The notes under the pieces were generated by a model, which was not told the DNA's origin, ran no database searches, and saw only the letters and a program-made list of their open reading frames with translations. From Camelus dromedarius (taxonomy: Eukaryota), in assembly GCF_036321535.1 (NCBI RefSeq), contig NC_087437.1:67830001-67894000 (forward strand): a stretch of 64,000 bases of DNA. Direction: 5' to 3'. The number at the start of each line of letters is the position of its first letter. Positions within the stretch are counted from its first letter, which is position 1. Positions 62,407 through 64,000 of this stretch are shown piece by piece. Position numbers and translations under genes: made by a program.

Positions 62407-63477
62407 TTAAAAAGGCTTTAAGGATATTCCATCATATCACTATTTTGTTGTAGCCCTAATTTCTCTGATTGGAGGTTCATTCTGTCACTACACAAAGCTT
62501 TCAGTATTACTTACACTAAGGTGTGAGCGACCTGAAGTGGTCCTCCCCTTAGGCATAGTTACATCTCATGAGATGAAACACAACAGTGGTTAAACCAAAG
62601 ATCTAGGCTGCTAGTGGCAGAATTCAGAGTCAACTGTTGATCAGTGGGGAAATACTTTTATAGCCGCAGCCCTTTCATGACATCAACTCTCACTCCTTAA
62701 GCTTATTCTACCAACATATGAGTATAGTCCAGCCCATATAAAACAAGAGATAAAAAAGCACAGATTGATGCAAAAATGGATGGGATGTGATTTTAAGAAA
62801 TTGTGAAAAATTGACCCAGTTTGTTCTCAGATCAAAAATTAGATGAATAGTCTTCCTAACTCATGGTTACTTTCTCTATGCCTCAACTGTCCTACCTCAG
62901 TGATGACTCTCTACTTTCTAGGTAAAGTGTCCGTACAAGTTACATTTGCTGAACTCTATTAACTGTGTTATAGTTACTAAGCTATAGCAGACATGTATGA
63001 TGTCATCTGCTTTCCTCCAGTCCCAGGAAAGTAGTATATTCTGCATTAATGTTTTCCAGGTAGTTGAAGTTTAATTTTTAAATAAGAACTCTTCATTTTT
63101 AGCAATTCTTAATGTATATTTGTACAAATTAGCCTGTATATCCCCTGCATTCTTACACCACACCCGTTGTCATTCAACTTTTTAATGATTAATGACGCAG
63201 CCCATCAGTGTAAACAGGAACTGTACTCTGAGATACTGTACTAAAAGCCTTCAGGTCTTACTAGATTATTGAAGCCTGATTGTCCCTACTCTGATTGCTT
63301 CATAAGTTGTCACTTGTGTTTGGTGGTTTTCTGCCTCTTTCCTCCATGTTCCTACTGCTTGATAGTCTCGTTGTAAGTAAAATATATGCACTTTGGTACA
63401 TGGGAATTAAAACCTTTGGACATTCTTAGACCTATTTTTGTAGCTTAGTTTCCTATTCTGGGCCTAGTTTTGAATAG

Positions 63478-63899
63478 GTCATGCTTTAAGTTGTGTTTCT
63501 CCTGAAATGGACTCCAAACAAGATTTGATTGCAGGTAGTTTACTTGGGAAATAATCTCAAGAAAAAATGGGTAATAGAATGTGTGGCCAAGCATGCAGGG
63601 AAGCCAGTCGAGAGTGTGTCATGTACTAGGGTCAGCCTCACCGGGGAGTGTGGGAACAAGTCTCAGGCTTCCCACCTAAAGGCATGGAAGCTGGGAATTT
63701 GTCCTCCCACTTCCATCTGTCATTAGTTGGGTGCTCTTCCTAGGGACATTAATTTCCAGGGCTTCTAGTCTGCCCTGTGAATGCCAAGACAAAGCTCTCC
63801 AGTGAAGAGTCACATGGACTTGCAGTAGAACATGGTCAGTATTTTCTGAAACGGACTATCCCAAATGAATTTGGGCAGTTCATCAACAGCATCTGCTAT
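63478..63899 (-). mobile_element. LTR16-like ERVL solo LTR
   Basis: 'caagatttgattgcaggtagtttacttgggaaataatctcaagaa...ggaagctgggaatttgtcctcccacttccatctgtcatt...catcaacagcatctgcta'. Confidence 0.75.
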
Positions 63900-64000
63900 C
63901 AGTAGGTTACCATTAAAGAACCTTTGACTATGTGAGGGGCCGCTGTATTTAATAGTTCCTTTTTGAATTCTAGTACAATCAATGACTAGATATTACTTTT

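Noticed and set aside
1..64000. The 60-150 aa ORFs in the supplied track as protein-coding genes
   Set aside because: They are short, many have non-ATG starts, and their F/L/S/C-rich composition is typical of non-coding DNA. The only recognisable ones are L1 or Tigger1 remnants.
1..64000. CRISPR arrays, operons or other prokaryotic systems; NUMTs; non-retroviral endogenous viral elements
   Set aside because: This is mammalian repeat-rich DNA. I saw no regularly spaced repeat-spacer array and no mitochondrial-like or viral-like coding sequence. A tBLASTn search would be needed to exclude very decayed viral elements.

Overview
AT-rich, CpG-depleted mammalian DNA with no recognisable intact protein-coding gene. 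It looks like the interior of a large intron or an intergenic region. Two tRNA-Ala(AGC)-derived SINEs (61.5 and 62.3 kb) resemble the camelid vic-1 SINE, so the source is probably a camel, llama or alpaca. Much of the window is old interspersed repeat: MIR, L2, L1, MaLR/ERVL LTRs and hAT elements (MER5A, MER20B, MER58A, MER94, Charlie4-like, Zaphod/MER115-like). It also holds a near-full-length Tigger1 (27789-30108), CR1/L3 reverse-transcriptase relics and a 5'-truncated RPL12 processed pseudogene (53346-53542). The ORF track is almost entirely chance or repeat-derived. I cannot support a claim of a new biological system. The best leads are: an unusually intact CR1 RT segment with splice-like flanks; several + strand micro/cassette-exon candidates in local CpG-retaining patches (32.9, 42.6, 46.2 kb); and a cluster of hairpins with a TATA motif at 53.6-54.1 kb. 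Repeat subfamily names come from my recollection of consensus sequences, and boundaries of old repeats are approximate.
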